In this document: in pieces, positions 39,293 through 51,875 of the stretch
How the letters are laid out: every line of letters starts with the position of its first letter
Numbering within the stretch: position 1 is the stretch's first letter
Source of the DNA: Gekko japonicus
Lineage: Eukaryota
Length of the DNA stretch: 64,000 nucleotides
Reading direction: 5' to 3'
Assembly: GCF_001447785.1 (NCBI RefSeq)
Contig: NW_015175977.1
Location: 481,258 to 545,257, forward strand
Notes under the pieces: generated by a model
Databases searched by the model: none
Told to the model about the DNA's origin: nothing
What the model saw: only the letters and a program-made list of their open reading frames with translations
Translations under genes and position numbers: made by a program

Positions 39293-40442
39293 CTAGCTGC
39301 AAAGCTCATTGTAGAGGAAGACAACGGGCCCTAGAAAGGTAGGGTNNNNNNNNNNNNNNNNNNNNNNNNNNNNNNNNNNNNNNNNNNNNNNNNNNNNNNN
39401 NNNNNNNNNNNNNNNNNNNNNNNNNNNNNNNNNNNNNNNNNNNNNNNNNNNNNNNNNNNNNNNNNNNNNNNNNNNNNNNNNNNNNNNNNNNNNNNNNNNN
39501 NNNNNNNNNNNNNNNNNNNNNNNNNNNNNNNNNNNNNNNNNNNNNNNNNNNNNNNNNNNNNNNNNNNNNNNNNNNNNNNNNNNNNNNNNNNNNNNNNNNN
39601 NNNNNNNNNNNNNNNNNNNNNNNNNNNNNNNNNNNNNNNNNNNNNNNNNNNNNNNNNNNNNNNNNNNNNNNNNNNNNNNNNNNNNNNNNNNNNNNNNNNN
39701 NNNNNNNNNNNNNNNNNNNNNNNNNNNNNNNNNNNNNNNNNNNNNNNNNNNNNNNNNNNNNNNNNNNNNNNNNNNNNNNNNNNNNNNNNNNNNNNNNNNN
39801 NNNNNNNNNNNNNNNNNNNNNNNNNNNNNNNNNNNNNNNNNNNNNNNNNNNNNNNNNNNNNNNNNNNNNNNNNNNNNNNNNNNNNNNNNNNNNNNNNNNN
39901 NNNNNNNNNNNNNNNNNNNNNNNNNNNNNNNNNNNNNNNNNNNNNNNNNNNNNNNNNNNNNNNNNNNNNNNNNNNNNNNNNNNNNNNNNNNNNNNNNNNN
40001 NNNNNNNNNNNNNNNNNNNNNNNNNNNNNNNNNNNNNNNAAAGGAGCAGGCGACCGGAGCGTACAGGCTCCGTTCGCCGGGCCTCTGGTGGGTGGGGGGG
40101 AGGGAAAGGAGCAGGCGACCGGACTTGATTGCGGGCGGGGGGGGGGTGAGGCGGGCGACCAGAGGCTGCCGCCGTCACCTGTGTTTGAGTGGGCGCTGGG
40201 GAAGGCAGCTGAAGTTCACCGATTCAATAGAGCCCTCGTAGTCCTCGTCGTCGGGCACAATGAAAATGGCGTCGGGTGACTGGTGAGGTACACATTCGCA
40301 GGAGTGGTGGTGTGGGTGGGACCTGGGCTTTGCCTTCTGATTGTTGGCCATATATGGTGAGGAGCAGTTCCATCAGCCATACACTAACAGGGCGCATTTT
40401 AGAACGTTGGTGCCCACTACTCTTTTATATATAAGGGAGAGA
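39293..40442 (-). mobile_element. Non-autonomous Helitron-like element, second copy (contains a gap)
   Basis: Minus strand reads A|TCTCTCCCTTATATATAAAAG...CAACGTTCTAAAAT at the 5' end and GGGCCCGTTGTC...ACAATGAGCTTTGCAGCTAG|T at the 3' end. Removing it rejoins Gypsy RT/RNase H sequence without a TSD. Confidence 0.75.
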
Positions 40443-42569
40443 TATTACAGATAGATGCCAGCTTGACTGGATTGGGAGCAGCCCTATAATAAGAGCAAGA
40501 GGGAGAACTCAGGGTGATTGCATATACCAGCCGTTGGAAGCCAGAACTCAGGGTGATTGCATATGCCAGCTGTTGTATGTCAGCCGTTGGATGAGTGTGA
40601 GTGAAAGAAAGTGCAAGTACATAAATTAGAATTTTTTTGGTCTTAAATGGGCCATATCAGAAAAATTCCAAATTTGGCTGGGAGGATTCCTTGGGGTATA
40701 ATCCATAAGAACTTCAGCCAAGTTGGAACAAAGTTACTGCTGGAAATGTGTTTCCCTACGAAACCAAAGGAAACAAATAATAACTATAGTTGAGGAAATG
40801 AGAATCTACAAAAACAAAGATAACATCAACAAATTAAAAAATGCTTAAAATATTTATTTTCTAGAGAAATGAAAACAAGTTTTTTGTATATTCCTCTTTT
40901 ATACCTTACAAATAATACAAGCAACTGACAGTCCAACTGTCCTCTTTCAGCACCTGCGGGTGGGGGTGGGGCAGCCCCTCCTTCTCTGCCCTTGGACAGT
41001 GGGGGGAACTACAGTCCTGAGAGAAGACAGTAAGGCACACAGAGCCAGGCAACTGTCGTCACAGGGCACCTGGTTCCTGCTCTACCTTTAACCAATTTAT
41101 TTTAACATCTATGCACCCCTTTTTTGTGGTTTACTCCCAAAGCAGCTTCTGCAGAATACAAATAAAGGTTAGAAACTAAACTCATATTGTTTCAGCTGCT
41201 GTTCAGCAAAAAAGGTCTTGTTCTCAGGATATCCTAAAACAAATGGCAGGGAGTGCATTGGTTCCCACTGACTGACTATAGGAATTCACTGAATTTCTGA
41301 ATGGTCATTGGAAAGGATTTAAACAAGGGACAACATCTTTTAATGTAAAGAGAATTTATATGCCACAGGGAATTTATATGCCACACCTCCACAGACCCAC
41401 TTGAATCTGAACTGGATGCTACCTGTTTGCAGTGGTTATTTTTTTTTGTAACTGAACAAAATGAGTGAAAATAACATATTTTAAAAATACTGTAAATTAC
41501 AAAATGTGAACCTTGTCTGGAGACTAATAATTCAGTAAGTAGAATATTAGTTGGATGATAATTTTGCCATAGTTTTATTTGCTTTTAAAGTACAGTAACA
41601 GTGATTGTGTTAAATGTTGTATGTGGGTGCAATTTTTCTGGATTTTTAAAAACACCATTGGGTGAAAAGGGCTGCCACGTGAAGTTAGCCCCTGAAGTCC
41701 ATTGCGTAAGCAACCGAGCTCCCTTATTTCAGCAAGTTCCCCTAGTCATTCAAAAGCTACCAAAAGATTATAGTACCTATTCTCTTCCACTCCCAAAGAC
41801 TGTTGGGGAAACTTAGCATTGAACTGCCTGTACTTGGGGTAGTGAAAATGGTATGAAAAGGGGTAGAAATGACAATGATTTTAGGAGAATGACTGCAGCA
41901 GGAACTCTCTACTATTGGACGAGGGAAACAACCCCCCCCCCCATTTAATTGTATTTTATTAGTTCGAATTAGTGACCTTGGGGTGAGATAGAAATCAAGC
42001 AAACGGAGCATAATAATTCATAGTTAGGATGTGGCCGATCTGAATTCATGTGAAAAGAAGGCATCAGGAAAATAATAACGTGGGCGTGAAGACAGAGCAG
42101 TTAGCTCCTCCCTAGTTATTTCAAAAAACGTTATCACATAGACGGCAACTCGCCATATTTGCAAAATCATATTCCATGAAGGACTTACCAAGGCAAATGA
42201 GCGCATTTACCTGGTGAAAGTAACACATTGCTCCAGCCTCCAGGTAGAGAATCAAGCACGATCTGTAAACCAGTAGTGCCACCTTGAGGGGTAATACGGA
42301 GGTAATATGCTACAAATTCAAATCACACGAATAAGTTTTTAAAACAAGTGGTTTTGCTTCTTCTTCTTTTTTAGTCTATAACGGCCATTTTAAATTCTTT
42401 TTTTTTAGAATGCCCAGGTAATTAGAGATGACTACATGTTCCTGTAACTGTTACTGCCGTCTTTCTAAAAGTAGTTTAAGCCATCTAGCCATCTCTTAAC
42501 GCCACCAGGCATACCAAAAAGTGTGCTTCTCTAACAGTTTTCAAAAAGCCAGAAAGAAGGAAAGGTAAT

Positions 42570-42965
42570 CGACGGCTTCAAGACTACGCGATTTTGAATT
42601 GTTCCTCGCGAGAAAAAGCTAAGCTAGTCGCTCCTCTAATTAGCAGCCCTTTGGCGTGTAACTGTTGCCATGGAGACGGATGTCGCTTAGCAACATTTCT
42701 GCCGGGGACGCACGCGGACGATTTCCCGGGGAAAGTTCCGAGCCATGTCCGGACGCATGGTGGGCCTACGGGAAGCATGAGACCCAGCAGCGCTAGCAGT
42801 GGCTCTCGCTCAGGTTCTGCCGGTTCCAGACTCATCGACGTGAACAGCAACACACCGTTGCTGCTCCCACCTGTCACTGCGACAGTCTCGCTAGCAGCGG
42901 AGGTACGGACCAGTCCTGCGTTGCTGGTGGGCGGCTCAGAGACCGTCGAGTTGGCGGGAAGAAGC
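42570..42965 (+). promoter_or_regulatory. CCDC170: CpG-island promoter of CCDC170 with two RFX X-box motifs
   Basis: CpG-rich; GTTGCCATGGAGAC (42664-42677) and GTCGCTTAGCAAC (42682-42694). Confidence 0.75.
42777..42902 (+). CDS. CCDC170: Candidate CCDC170 exon 1 (MRPSSASSGSRSG...TVSLAAE)
   Basis: ATG with A at -3 inside the CpG island; GAG|gtacgg donor, phase 0. No recognisable human homology; assigned by position and phase. Confidence 0.6.
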
Positions 42966-43789
42966 TCAAGGGGGTTAGTGCCCAGCCCCTGGATTTTCTA
43001 AATTGTCGTTTAAATAAAACCCTTGGGCAGGGGTTGACTGCTGCCATCCCTCTGTAGTAGGGCTTCTGTGCTTTTAATACAGCCACAGGATAGGCACAGC
43101 AAGAGGCACACTGTATTGCCACACTCATAATACTGAGTTGTATCTTGAATTTCTGCTGGATACGCATTTCTTAAGGGCATAGATGCATTGCCAGGAAAAC
43201 TGTGTAGGGCTGATTAGAAAGTACAGGTAGCAATGCACCTGTAGTGGCTCAAAGGTGCCCTCTAGTTTTCCTTTGGCTTACCAGTTCCTTTTTGCAACAC
43301 TTCACTGATGTCACTGAAAAGGTTCTGTGTAACACTGGTCAGTGTTGCAATTCTTCAGCTACACAGATTGCACCATTCTTATCTGTTACAGATAAGTAAC
43401 AACACTGAGTAACAGTACTAAGGGGGGGAAACTGTAGTGAACAAATGTGATCGCAGGTACTCCAGTTGCCATGTTTAGAGATTTCTGGTGCCTGACCTTA
43501 TTAAATCACAGCTTCTATTGTGTATCTTTTTTCTTTTCTTTTTGGAGATGGTTTAAAATTGTAAATGTGTTCTAGAGTTGGCATATTTCAAATTGGGGCT
43601 GCAGTTATCAGGTGCCTTTGGTGTGCATGCATGCATATGTGCAAACACAGATGCCAAACACTGTGGAGCGCACAACTCACCATTTAATACACTGCACTTG
43701 GTTTGCTGTATTTCATACTATTACATACAATGTGTTCAACAGTTAATCTCTTGTGTTATATCATTAACCAGAAGGCAAAAGCACTCTAA

Positions 43790-46125
43790 TGTCCCAGGAA
43801 TAGACAGTTTGCCAGGTTTTTTTGCGGATAAAATATTGAGAATATGCTCTGATCTGGATGTCAGTTATAACATAGGTGCACCAGAAGAAAAGTGTAATAT
43901 ACTGACAGGGCTATTTATGTTCAGGTGGATAGTTGTATTGTTCTGAAGCAGCAGAACAAAGTTTGAATCCGGTGGCACCTAGACCAACCAAGTTAACAGC
44001 AAATTAGCACACACTGTAATGAAGATGTTTTAACAGATGTGAGAACCAAACAGGAATGGTGACCATATCAATTTAGCTTGTTATTCTTGTTTGGTTCTCA
44101 CATCTATTAAAGCATCTTCATTATGTTTTCCAATTTGCTGTTCACCCTCTACTATATATGTATGGACCAATAACTTCCATTTCAATGTGTCTGAGTAATG
44201 TGCATGCACACGGAAGCTCACACCTTGAATACAATTTTGTTCGTCTTAAAGGTACCACCGGACTAGATCTGGGCTATTTATGATAATTTTGACCTAGTTT
44301 CCATGATGGATGTGGACAAGATCCTGGGATCAGTGAAGGCCACTACTTGTTATCCTGGATCCATGCCTATCCTGGCTACTAAAATCATGTAAGGACTACA
44401 TCAACAAACCCTTAGCATCTATTATAAATCAGTTACTAGCTCAGGGCACTTCCCCTTGGCCACTCAAAGAGGTCCATTACTAAAAAACCCATCCCTACAG
44501 ATGCACGATGTGGCCAATTATCACTCGGTCTCTAATCTACCCTTGCTGGGCAAAGTGATTGAGACAGCAGTAGCAAACCAACTCCAAGTCTTCTTGGATA
44601 ATTCATCTGCCCTAGAGCCTTTTCATTCCCGCTTCAGGTGGCTCTGCTAGCCTTAGCTGATGTCCTTTATCTGAGTGTGGACAGAGACCAAGCCTTTCTG
44701 TTACTCTAATTGGATTTATCTGCAGCCTTTGATACAGTAGATCATGCCATCTCGTTGAGGCTCCTGGAGGAAGAAATTGGTATCAGGGGGTGCATGCTAA
44801 ACTGGTTCAAAGCATTCCTCACAGATTAGACTCAAAGGGTTGCTATGGGAGACCAGTTGTCATCAGTGTGGGACCTATCTTGGGGTTCCAGAGGGCACAG
44901 TTCTATCCTCCATGCTTTTCAATTGCTATGTAAAGCCCTTAGGAAAAGTCATTTGGTTTTTTTGTCATCGATATGCTGATGATACTCAGCTCTATATATC
45001 CTTATTCAAATCTCCTGGTGATGTGGTAGAGTTCCTGAATCGCTGCCTGGCTGCTGTGGTTGACTGGCTAAGAGTGAACAAATTGAGACTAAACCTCGGA
45101 AAGACACAAGTAAGGCTGGTTGGGAAGGAAGATGTCTTGAAGGACATTGTGCTTCCTGCTTTTGATGGAGTTCAGTTGACCCCTGCAGAGTCAGTTAAAA
45201 GCTTTGGGGTCATACTGGATCCATCTTTATTACTGGAGAAGCAAATTAATGCAGCTGGGGGGGGTAAGGCTTTCTACCAACTCAGCTTAGCCTGTAAAAT
45301 TGCCCCTTACCTTGATATGGCTGACCTGGCCTCCTGGATCCATACCACAGCAACATCCAGACTAGACTACTGTAATACACTGTGCACTGGTCTCCCTCAA
45401 AAATCAATTTGGAAAACTCCAACTGGTCCAGAATACCGTGGCTCAACTATTAACAGGAGCTAGATAGAGCATGAATATTACTCCCATTCTGTAGATGCAA
45501 CATGGGCTGCAGTTGCCAGGCTCAGTCGAAGGTATTGACTATCACGTTAAAAGCCCTTCATGGCCTTGGCCCTTCTCGTTTGCGGTACAGTCTCTCCCCC
45601 TGTGCTCTGCCATGCCACTACAACTCCGCTCATGTCAGTAGGGGCTTCTGCAGGTGCCAGCCTACGAATTGGCAAAATCAACAACTGCCTGCACACATGA
45701 TTCCTCTGTTGTAGCTCCCGCCTTGTGGAATGGCCTCCTCAGAGAAGAGGTCAGGAAAGCTCCCAGTCTCCTGCCATTCCACAAACTATGCAAAACAGCA
45801 ACTATTCAAGAGGGTTTTTCTGTGTAGGTAATAGGGTTGCACTGTACGAAATGCTTCATAAACTTACTTGGACAAATGATTTAGACTGTGGTCTATACAT
45901 CTGTCTATAGCTTATTGTAAGTAGGTTCCTATTATGTAATTTCTGTACCACTTAATGTGTCAATACTCATGCTATACTCAAGTTCTTTCTGGTGCTCCTA
46001 CTAAAATCCAAATGCACTGGTAATTGAATGTCCCGTTTTGCTGATTGTATTGATGCACTTCGTGTAATCCACCTTGCGTCCCTGTGAGAATGGCAGACTA
46101 CAAAAAATGAAAATAAGATAAGTAA
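43790..46125 (+). mobile_element. L2-clade LINE (decayed RT), interrupted by a Penelope insertion
   Basis: FFADKILRI, SNLPLLGKVIE, LDLSAAFDTVDH, YADDTQLY, SRLDYCN motifs with frameshifts; A-rich tail. Confidence 0.9.
43920..44270. mobile_element. Penelope-like fragment with inverted structure and a degenerate hammerhead
   Basis: 12-bp TSD GGGCTATTTATG (43908-43919 and 44271-44282); internal inverted repeat 43995-44142; mutated hammerhead GTGT-CTGAGTA...GGAAGCTC-ACAC at 44187-44223. Related remnants at ~31735-31840 and ~17915-17960. Confidence 0.7.
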
Positions 46126-46659
46126 AAATTTTTTAAAAACCTCTTTGCATTTCAGGCTCATGACCAAAGCTTGGCTGTGGTGGATGAAAAACCAGAACCA
46201 TGACATTTTATGTGCATTTCAACAGAATCAAATTGCTCCCTGTAATTCCACATGCATACATTTATTGTGCCTCACTTGGGGGGGAAGGCAACATAGGAGA
46301 CGTTCTCTACTGACAGTAAAGACCCTCCCCTTATCCTTGCCCCAAATAATGGATCGTCCCATTCCTATACAACTTCCAAAGACATGTCAAATTTAGGAGC
46401 GTAATTTGTATTTACTTGCATATCTGTTTGTTTATGCTAGAAAAGGGAGGGTGCAGGTGAATGAGTGGAACCTTGCTCCGCCACTGCAGACTTGAACACT
46501 CTCTGATGTTTGCAGTGTTTTCTTCAGGCCCAGGTGTTCTGCTGGAAGGGAAGTGCATAGAAAACAAATGCTTCAAGCAATGGGGGATATCCAGATAAGG
46601 AGAGGGCAGAGCTTAGCTCCTCCCCACCAGTGTGCTCCTTTTTCAATTCTACCTGCATT

Positions 46660-47070
46660 ATTTAAAATATTATTAGCCACCTTACTACCTTGCAGCATGC
46701 AAGGTGGCTTACAATATAAATAACTGTTATAGAACACATAAAAGATGAGTTTAAAATCTCAATTAGGACTGTGAATGAATAATAACTAAATTAGTCAGAT
46801 GTAGTCCTAAATAAAACTGTCTTCAGTTGTCTCCTGAAGATAGAAAGTGAGGAGGGCCAGGTGCATGTCTCTGGGGAGGTTGTTCCATAACTGTGGGGCT
46901 GCCACCAAAAAGGACCTCTCTTGTGCGCCCACCAGAGAAGCATCTTAAATTGGCCGGACAGTCAGGAGTGCTTCTCCCCGTGAGCGTAGTTCCCAGTCAG
47001 GAATGCACAGAAGAAAATAGTCCTTCAGATACCATAGCCATGTATGGTTTTAAAGAACAAAGTGTAAACA
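46660..47070 (-). mobile_element. L2-clade LINE 3' fragment
   Basis: AATAAAACTGTCTTCAG...GAGGTTGTTCCATAACTGTGGGGCTGCCACC, the reverse of a WNxLP-type C-terminus. Confidence 0.55.
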
Positions 47071-50000
47071 GCAGGTACTTGAATGTCATCTCATCAACTT
47101 TGTCTCTCAGTCTTCTTTGGTTTATTAAGCTTTCTGGTGGTGCCTTTGCTGATCTACCTTCAGGGATGCCAAGAATCACCATGGGTCCCTGGACAAAGAT
47201 TCCATCTGCCCCCCCCCCCAATATGACCCTGATCCAAACCAGCTATCATAACAAAACAAATCAATCACTTGGCTTGCTGCTAACTTGAATCTATGGTAAT
47301 AAAAGAATTGGCCTGTTTGACCATGTTTACGTATTTATCAGCCATTTATATTCCACCCTTCTCCCCAGTGGGGACCCAAAGTGGCTTGCATTGGTCTCCT
47401 TTCCTCCATTTTATCCTCACAACAATCCTGTGAGGTTGAGTGTGTGTGAATGGCCCAAGGTCACCCAGCAAGTTTCCATGACACTAGTAGGGATCTGAAC
47501 TTGGGTTTCTCAGATCCTAGTCTGATACTTTAACCACTACACCACACTGGCAGGCATAACTCATCAGAAAATAAAACTAGGAGACTCAAAATTGGCCACC
47601 TGCTTCAGGAAGATTGTGTGAGTTCCATGGCCAAAATGGAAAGGCATGGGAAATTCCTGGCCCAGGTGAGAAAATTTGTTGAATTTTATGTGTTGTTTTA
47701 CTGTCACAATATTCTATGTGACCTTGTAAGCCACCCTAAGCCCACTCGTAGGGAGGGCGGGATATCAATCAATCAAACAAATAAATAATAAACCACCACG
47801 ACACCATGCTATTTGCAACTGAAGCTAAGGGTCTCTGTGGCAAGCATAACTCAGAAAATAATGCTACATGTTTGAAAACTGGCCTCTAACCCCAGAATGA
47901 TTATGGAAGTTACAGTGCCAAAAATGAAGGGAACTGGAACACTCTGAACCAGGTTATCTTCACGACAGGCAACATGTAATGAGAGAGCTTTTAAGCAACC
48001 TGTCACATGTCTCTAATACTCAGATCCCCCAATCCACCATGGAAGGTTGCTGAATGATATACTCTCAGCCAGCCCTACTTCCCAAGGCTGTTGTGAGGAT
48101 AAAATGGAGGACAGGAGAACAATGCAGCTTTGGGTCCCCACTGCGGAGAAAGACTGGGTACAGTATTTGTTATAAATCTAATTTTTAATTATATTAAAAA
48201 AGAGTACAACATTTTTCATATAGCAAAGTAGCCTTAGAAAGGGCTATTAGATTTTCCAACCATGATACTGATTAACAACTGAGTGCCTGAGCTGAGAGCT
48301 GCAACTTCTGTTCCATATGTATGACCACTAAAACAGATTAATATTCTATTACCATGCATGTAAAGGGTAGAGGGTTTTTTTTACTACCTTGTTAGATCAT
48401 GGGGAAATATTAACTCTCCCCCTTCTGTTCATAATATTAACAAAGGTTTGCTGCTATACTACTCTTAAGTACATTCTGTCACCAAGAAGGATAGGGATGA
48501 GGAGGTCTTGAGACCAAGAAGTGAAAATAAAGGGGGGGGACATGGAAAAATTGGGTGGGAGGAGACAGAAATGAATGAGAAAAGTGTGGAAAAGAGGGGG
48601 GGAATTAAGAAAAAGAAGGAAAGGTTGTTTTATTTTGCTGCAACACCCTAACTACCACTTTGCAAGAACTGGCAGAGTTGGGTGCAAGGAAAGGAAGAGA
48701 GAAAGGCTAGACTATTGGAGAAAATGACCTTAGTTAGCAGGCTGCAGGCCAGCAGTTATTGTAGCAGCCATCAGCTGGGATGGCTTCCTTGCTCAACTTC
48801 TAAATTAGTTGATGGGTTTAGCATGATTTGTCAGGCAAGTTTGCTTCAGTCTTGGAGAAAGGGAAGTCTAGCTGATAGTACAGTACCTTGTATTGTGCTC
48901 AGGTTTCCCTGTGCCCCTAGTGGCTGCAGCCAGAACTGCATTAAAATAAACTGAAAGATGTTCGGGTGGATACAGCATGATGCTGGCTTCAAGGGCCCTC
49001 TGGTGGATTTGGCCCTCTGTGGAATTTTACCCTCCCCAGTCCCCCTCTGTTGGCAGCCCTGCCTGCATACATATTCTTGTTGCCCAGTAACTTGTCAATT
49101 TTGGCAGCTCTGGGAAATTCTCTCTGATCTACAGACCCAGATGGACTTTCCAGGGGAAAGGGAAGAATTATATGCTTTTAAAATGTTGTATATGAAAACA
49201 TGGTCACTTTTATCCCATAATCTGAAATGTAATCATTTACTTTTTTTTCTTTGAAATGTAAAATAGGATTTTTTTTTTGATAAGTTGGTTTGCTCAGGTT
49301 TAAATCTGGCCCTTATTTCAAAGAGTTTATTAAAATAAATTGGAAAGTTGTATGTTAGTAAAAAGGTACTATTGAAGACACGGTACATTAGCCAGAACAA
49401 ATGGGGAGTGGGTGGGAGGGTGGTTATGGTTCAGCAATATTATAAGTCTAGAGTTGCTATTATGAGTCTGTCGCTGCTGTGTAGCCCCATATTATTTGAC
49501 ATAGGTAACCCCATCAAAACATAGCTGTGGTGCAGACAGGATGCTGCCGCTTACAAGACAAATTCACAGGTGAAGGCAGGTGGAACCCCTCCTAATGCTC
49601 AGTGATAACTGTGTAATTGGGAGTTGAGAGGACGCTGCTATTTATAATCACAGTGACCATGGCCAATGGAAACATATTATGCTGTAAGCATGGTTAGTGC
49701 CCTGGGCAGTGCACCTACTTTTACCTAATACATTGCTGAGAAGGAGCAGAGAGGGAGGGGTACAATGAACAGATGGACAAGCCTGAACTTGCTTAATTAC
49801 TGTTTAGTGTAGCTTGCTCTAATTCTGTTTCTCTCAGACAAGGAAAGGTAGGCACTACTAAAAAAAATTGTTAGAACTCAGTGGTAGGGAATAAAAGGAA
49901 TGAGATCTATCCCTAGCTTTTCAAGGTCTGGTTACAGATTAGTGTACTTGGTTCACTGCCTCATTTCACTAGAGTATTTAACTTCAGCAGCTGCCATGCC

Positions 50001-50954
50001 TTGTATGCTACAAAGCCCTGAAGATTAGATTCAATTATACTTAAGTTCAGCTTGATTATTAAAGCTTATCTTCATACATTCAAGGACTAACTATTTCTTG
50101 TTAAATGCCGCAGAAGGGAGTATTTGTCCAAGGTTTTCCTCTTTGCTGTTCTTTATCTTTCATCCAGCTCAGAGCTTTGATCTAAAGTTCAGAGAAACTC
50201 AAGAATATTGCTGCTGAACTTGCTCAGAGAGCGTTTCCAAATGATGTATGTATGTATGTGGGGGGGGGGACACAAACTGTGTGTAGCATTGCACCTGTAC
50301 TGCCTCTGCTCAGCATCTCTAGGGCAATATCTTTGATTTATTCAATAGATTTCTTTTTTGTGGGAAGAGCAGTAGATCCATCTGCAAAGATCACTTCCTC
50401 ACCTTAGCATCTTCATTATGCCACTTTTGTTTTTAAAGGTTTCACAGTAAAAATATATGCTCCAACTGGTTAATATTTATAATGCAAATTATAATTTCAA
50501 GTTACCTAGTAAACCCAAAGTAAAAGTTAGACTGTTGCTGGACAGGGGATCTTTGAAGTATCTAGTATTTTGACCCCCCACACAGGAATTGTTCCAGTCT
50601 CTGGTTTGGTGGGTCCAAGTGGCAGACTTGAGGAGTTGATATGGGTAGCACAATTAACACAAGGAATGTTGTGCACATTTGTATGCAGTTTTCACTAACT
50701 TTTCCTGAATAATGTTTTTGCTTTTCTTGCATTTTTATTTATGATAATTATTGTAATTTTTGGAAGAATGAAGGCATGGTACGATTTTGTATTGATGCTA
50801 AAGATAACCAACATAAGGATGTTGTGGCAGACGTCTTAAGTTTTTTGTTTTAGTAAGTATAATAATCACACTATTGACTGTGTTAGCCTTTACATAATTG
50901 TTTTGCAATATTGGCTTTCACCTATCTTCACCATATTTTTTTGCTATTAACTAG

Positions 50955-51019
50955 GTTCGAGATCAACACAAAATGCTGAAAAATGAAGTAGAACAAAGAG
51001 ACAAATCAACTGCAGAAAG
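50955..51019 (+). CDS. CCDC170: Candidate CCDC170 exon 2 (VRDQHKMLKNEVEQRDKSTAE)
   Basis: T-rich tract plus ctag acceptor, AAG|gtgaga donor; 65 bp, phase 0 to 2; charged helical peptide. Confidence 0.65.
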
Positions 51020-51277
51020 GTGAGAATCAGAGAGATAGCTGTGATTTGCAGGGCCCATTGCAAGATGGAGGAAGTCTTTCAATAAATCAGTGTGGGGTAC
51101 CACTGATTGTGCTCATGTATTCTGCAGCTAGGAGAAGAGATAAGATGAATGAGAATGAGGTACCTGAGATATCCCTTTCTTAGTTGGGGGTATGGGCACA
51201 TGGAGAATTTGGGGGCAGGTGTACAGGGTTATAATTGAGCCAGTGGACATTTAGTGGTGTGGATCCTATGGTTGGCC

Positions 51278-51348
51278 TCCCTCCCTCCCTCCCTCCCGCC
51301 TCCCTCCCTCTCTCCCTCTCTCACACAAACACAAACTCAAACACACAC
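51278..51348. repeat. (CCCT)n and (CA)n microsatellite
   Basis: Direct reading. Confidence 0.8.
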
Positions 51349-51783
51349 AACCCCCCCTGTCCTGTTGCTGCCTGAGGTTCTCCCCAAAATGCTGCTTCTG
51401 GGGCACAGGAGACTCTCAAGAACACCATTGGGGCAAATTGGGGGTCTACAGCTGGAAGAGGGAGAATCGGCAAAAATGGCCTACCTTTAATGTGTTAATA
51501 CAAATTTGCCAGCAAAATTATTACTATGGTCACTGGGGGATGAAGCCTGGATGTAGCCACAATGACCAGTATATGGCATAGCTTTCAATGTAGTGTGGCT
51601 GCTTGAGGTTATAAGCAAGTCACTGAGGCAGTATACGGACTGTGGAAAGTAGTACCATAGCTGCAGATTCGGACTGTGCTACTGGCATGGATCCCACGAA
51701 GTCCATTTTGTACCACCTCTGTTCAGCTCAAAGACTGATTGACCCTGTGATTATTTTGCTCATAGGTGTGAGGCTTGCTGATT

Positions 51784-51875
51784 TACAGCACCATCCAAAG
51801 CAGAGTTACATCCTTCTAACTCCACTGAAACAAATGGTCTTAGAAAGATATAACTCTGTTTAGGATTACACTGTA
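51784..51875. mobile_element. ~90-bp palindromic MITE-like element; related copies at ~11095-11190, ~12710-12790, ~22555-22630 and ~29308-29377
   Basis: TACAG...CTGTA ends; arms CAGAGTTACATCCTTCTAA / TTAGAAAGATATAACTCTG. Confidence 0.6.

Larger units (their letters stand above)
37005..40670 (+). mobile_element. Heavily decayed Gypsy LTR retrotransposon (PNMA-like gag, protease, RT, RNase H) interrupted by a solo LTR and a Helitron-like element
   Basis: GEVDLDTWRLQVQQLL...IESLSPPALE (gag), IGAGGQDVPFLGYI (protease), MGHVISQEGIQPDP and [14 protein letters not shown] (RT), ILQIDASLTGLGAAL and RVIAY (RNase H); many stops and frameshifts. Confidence 0.85.
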
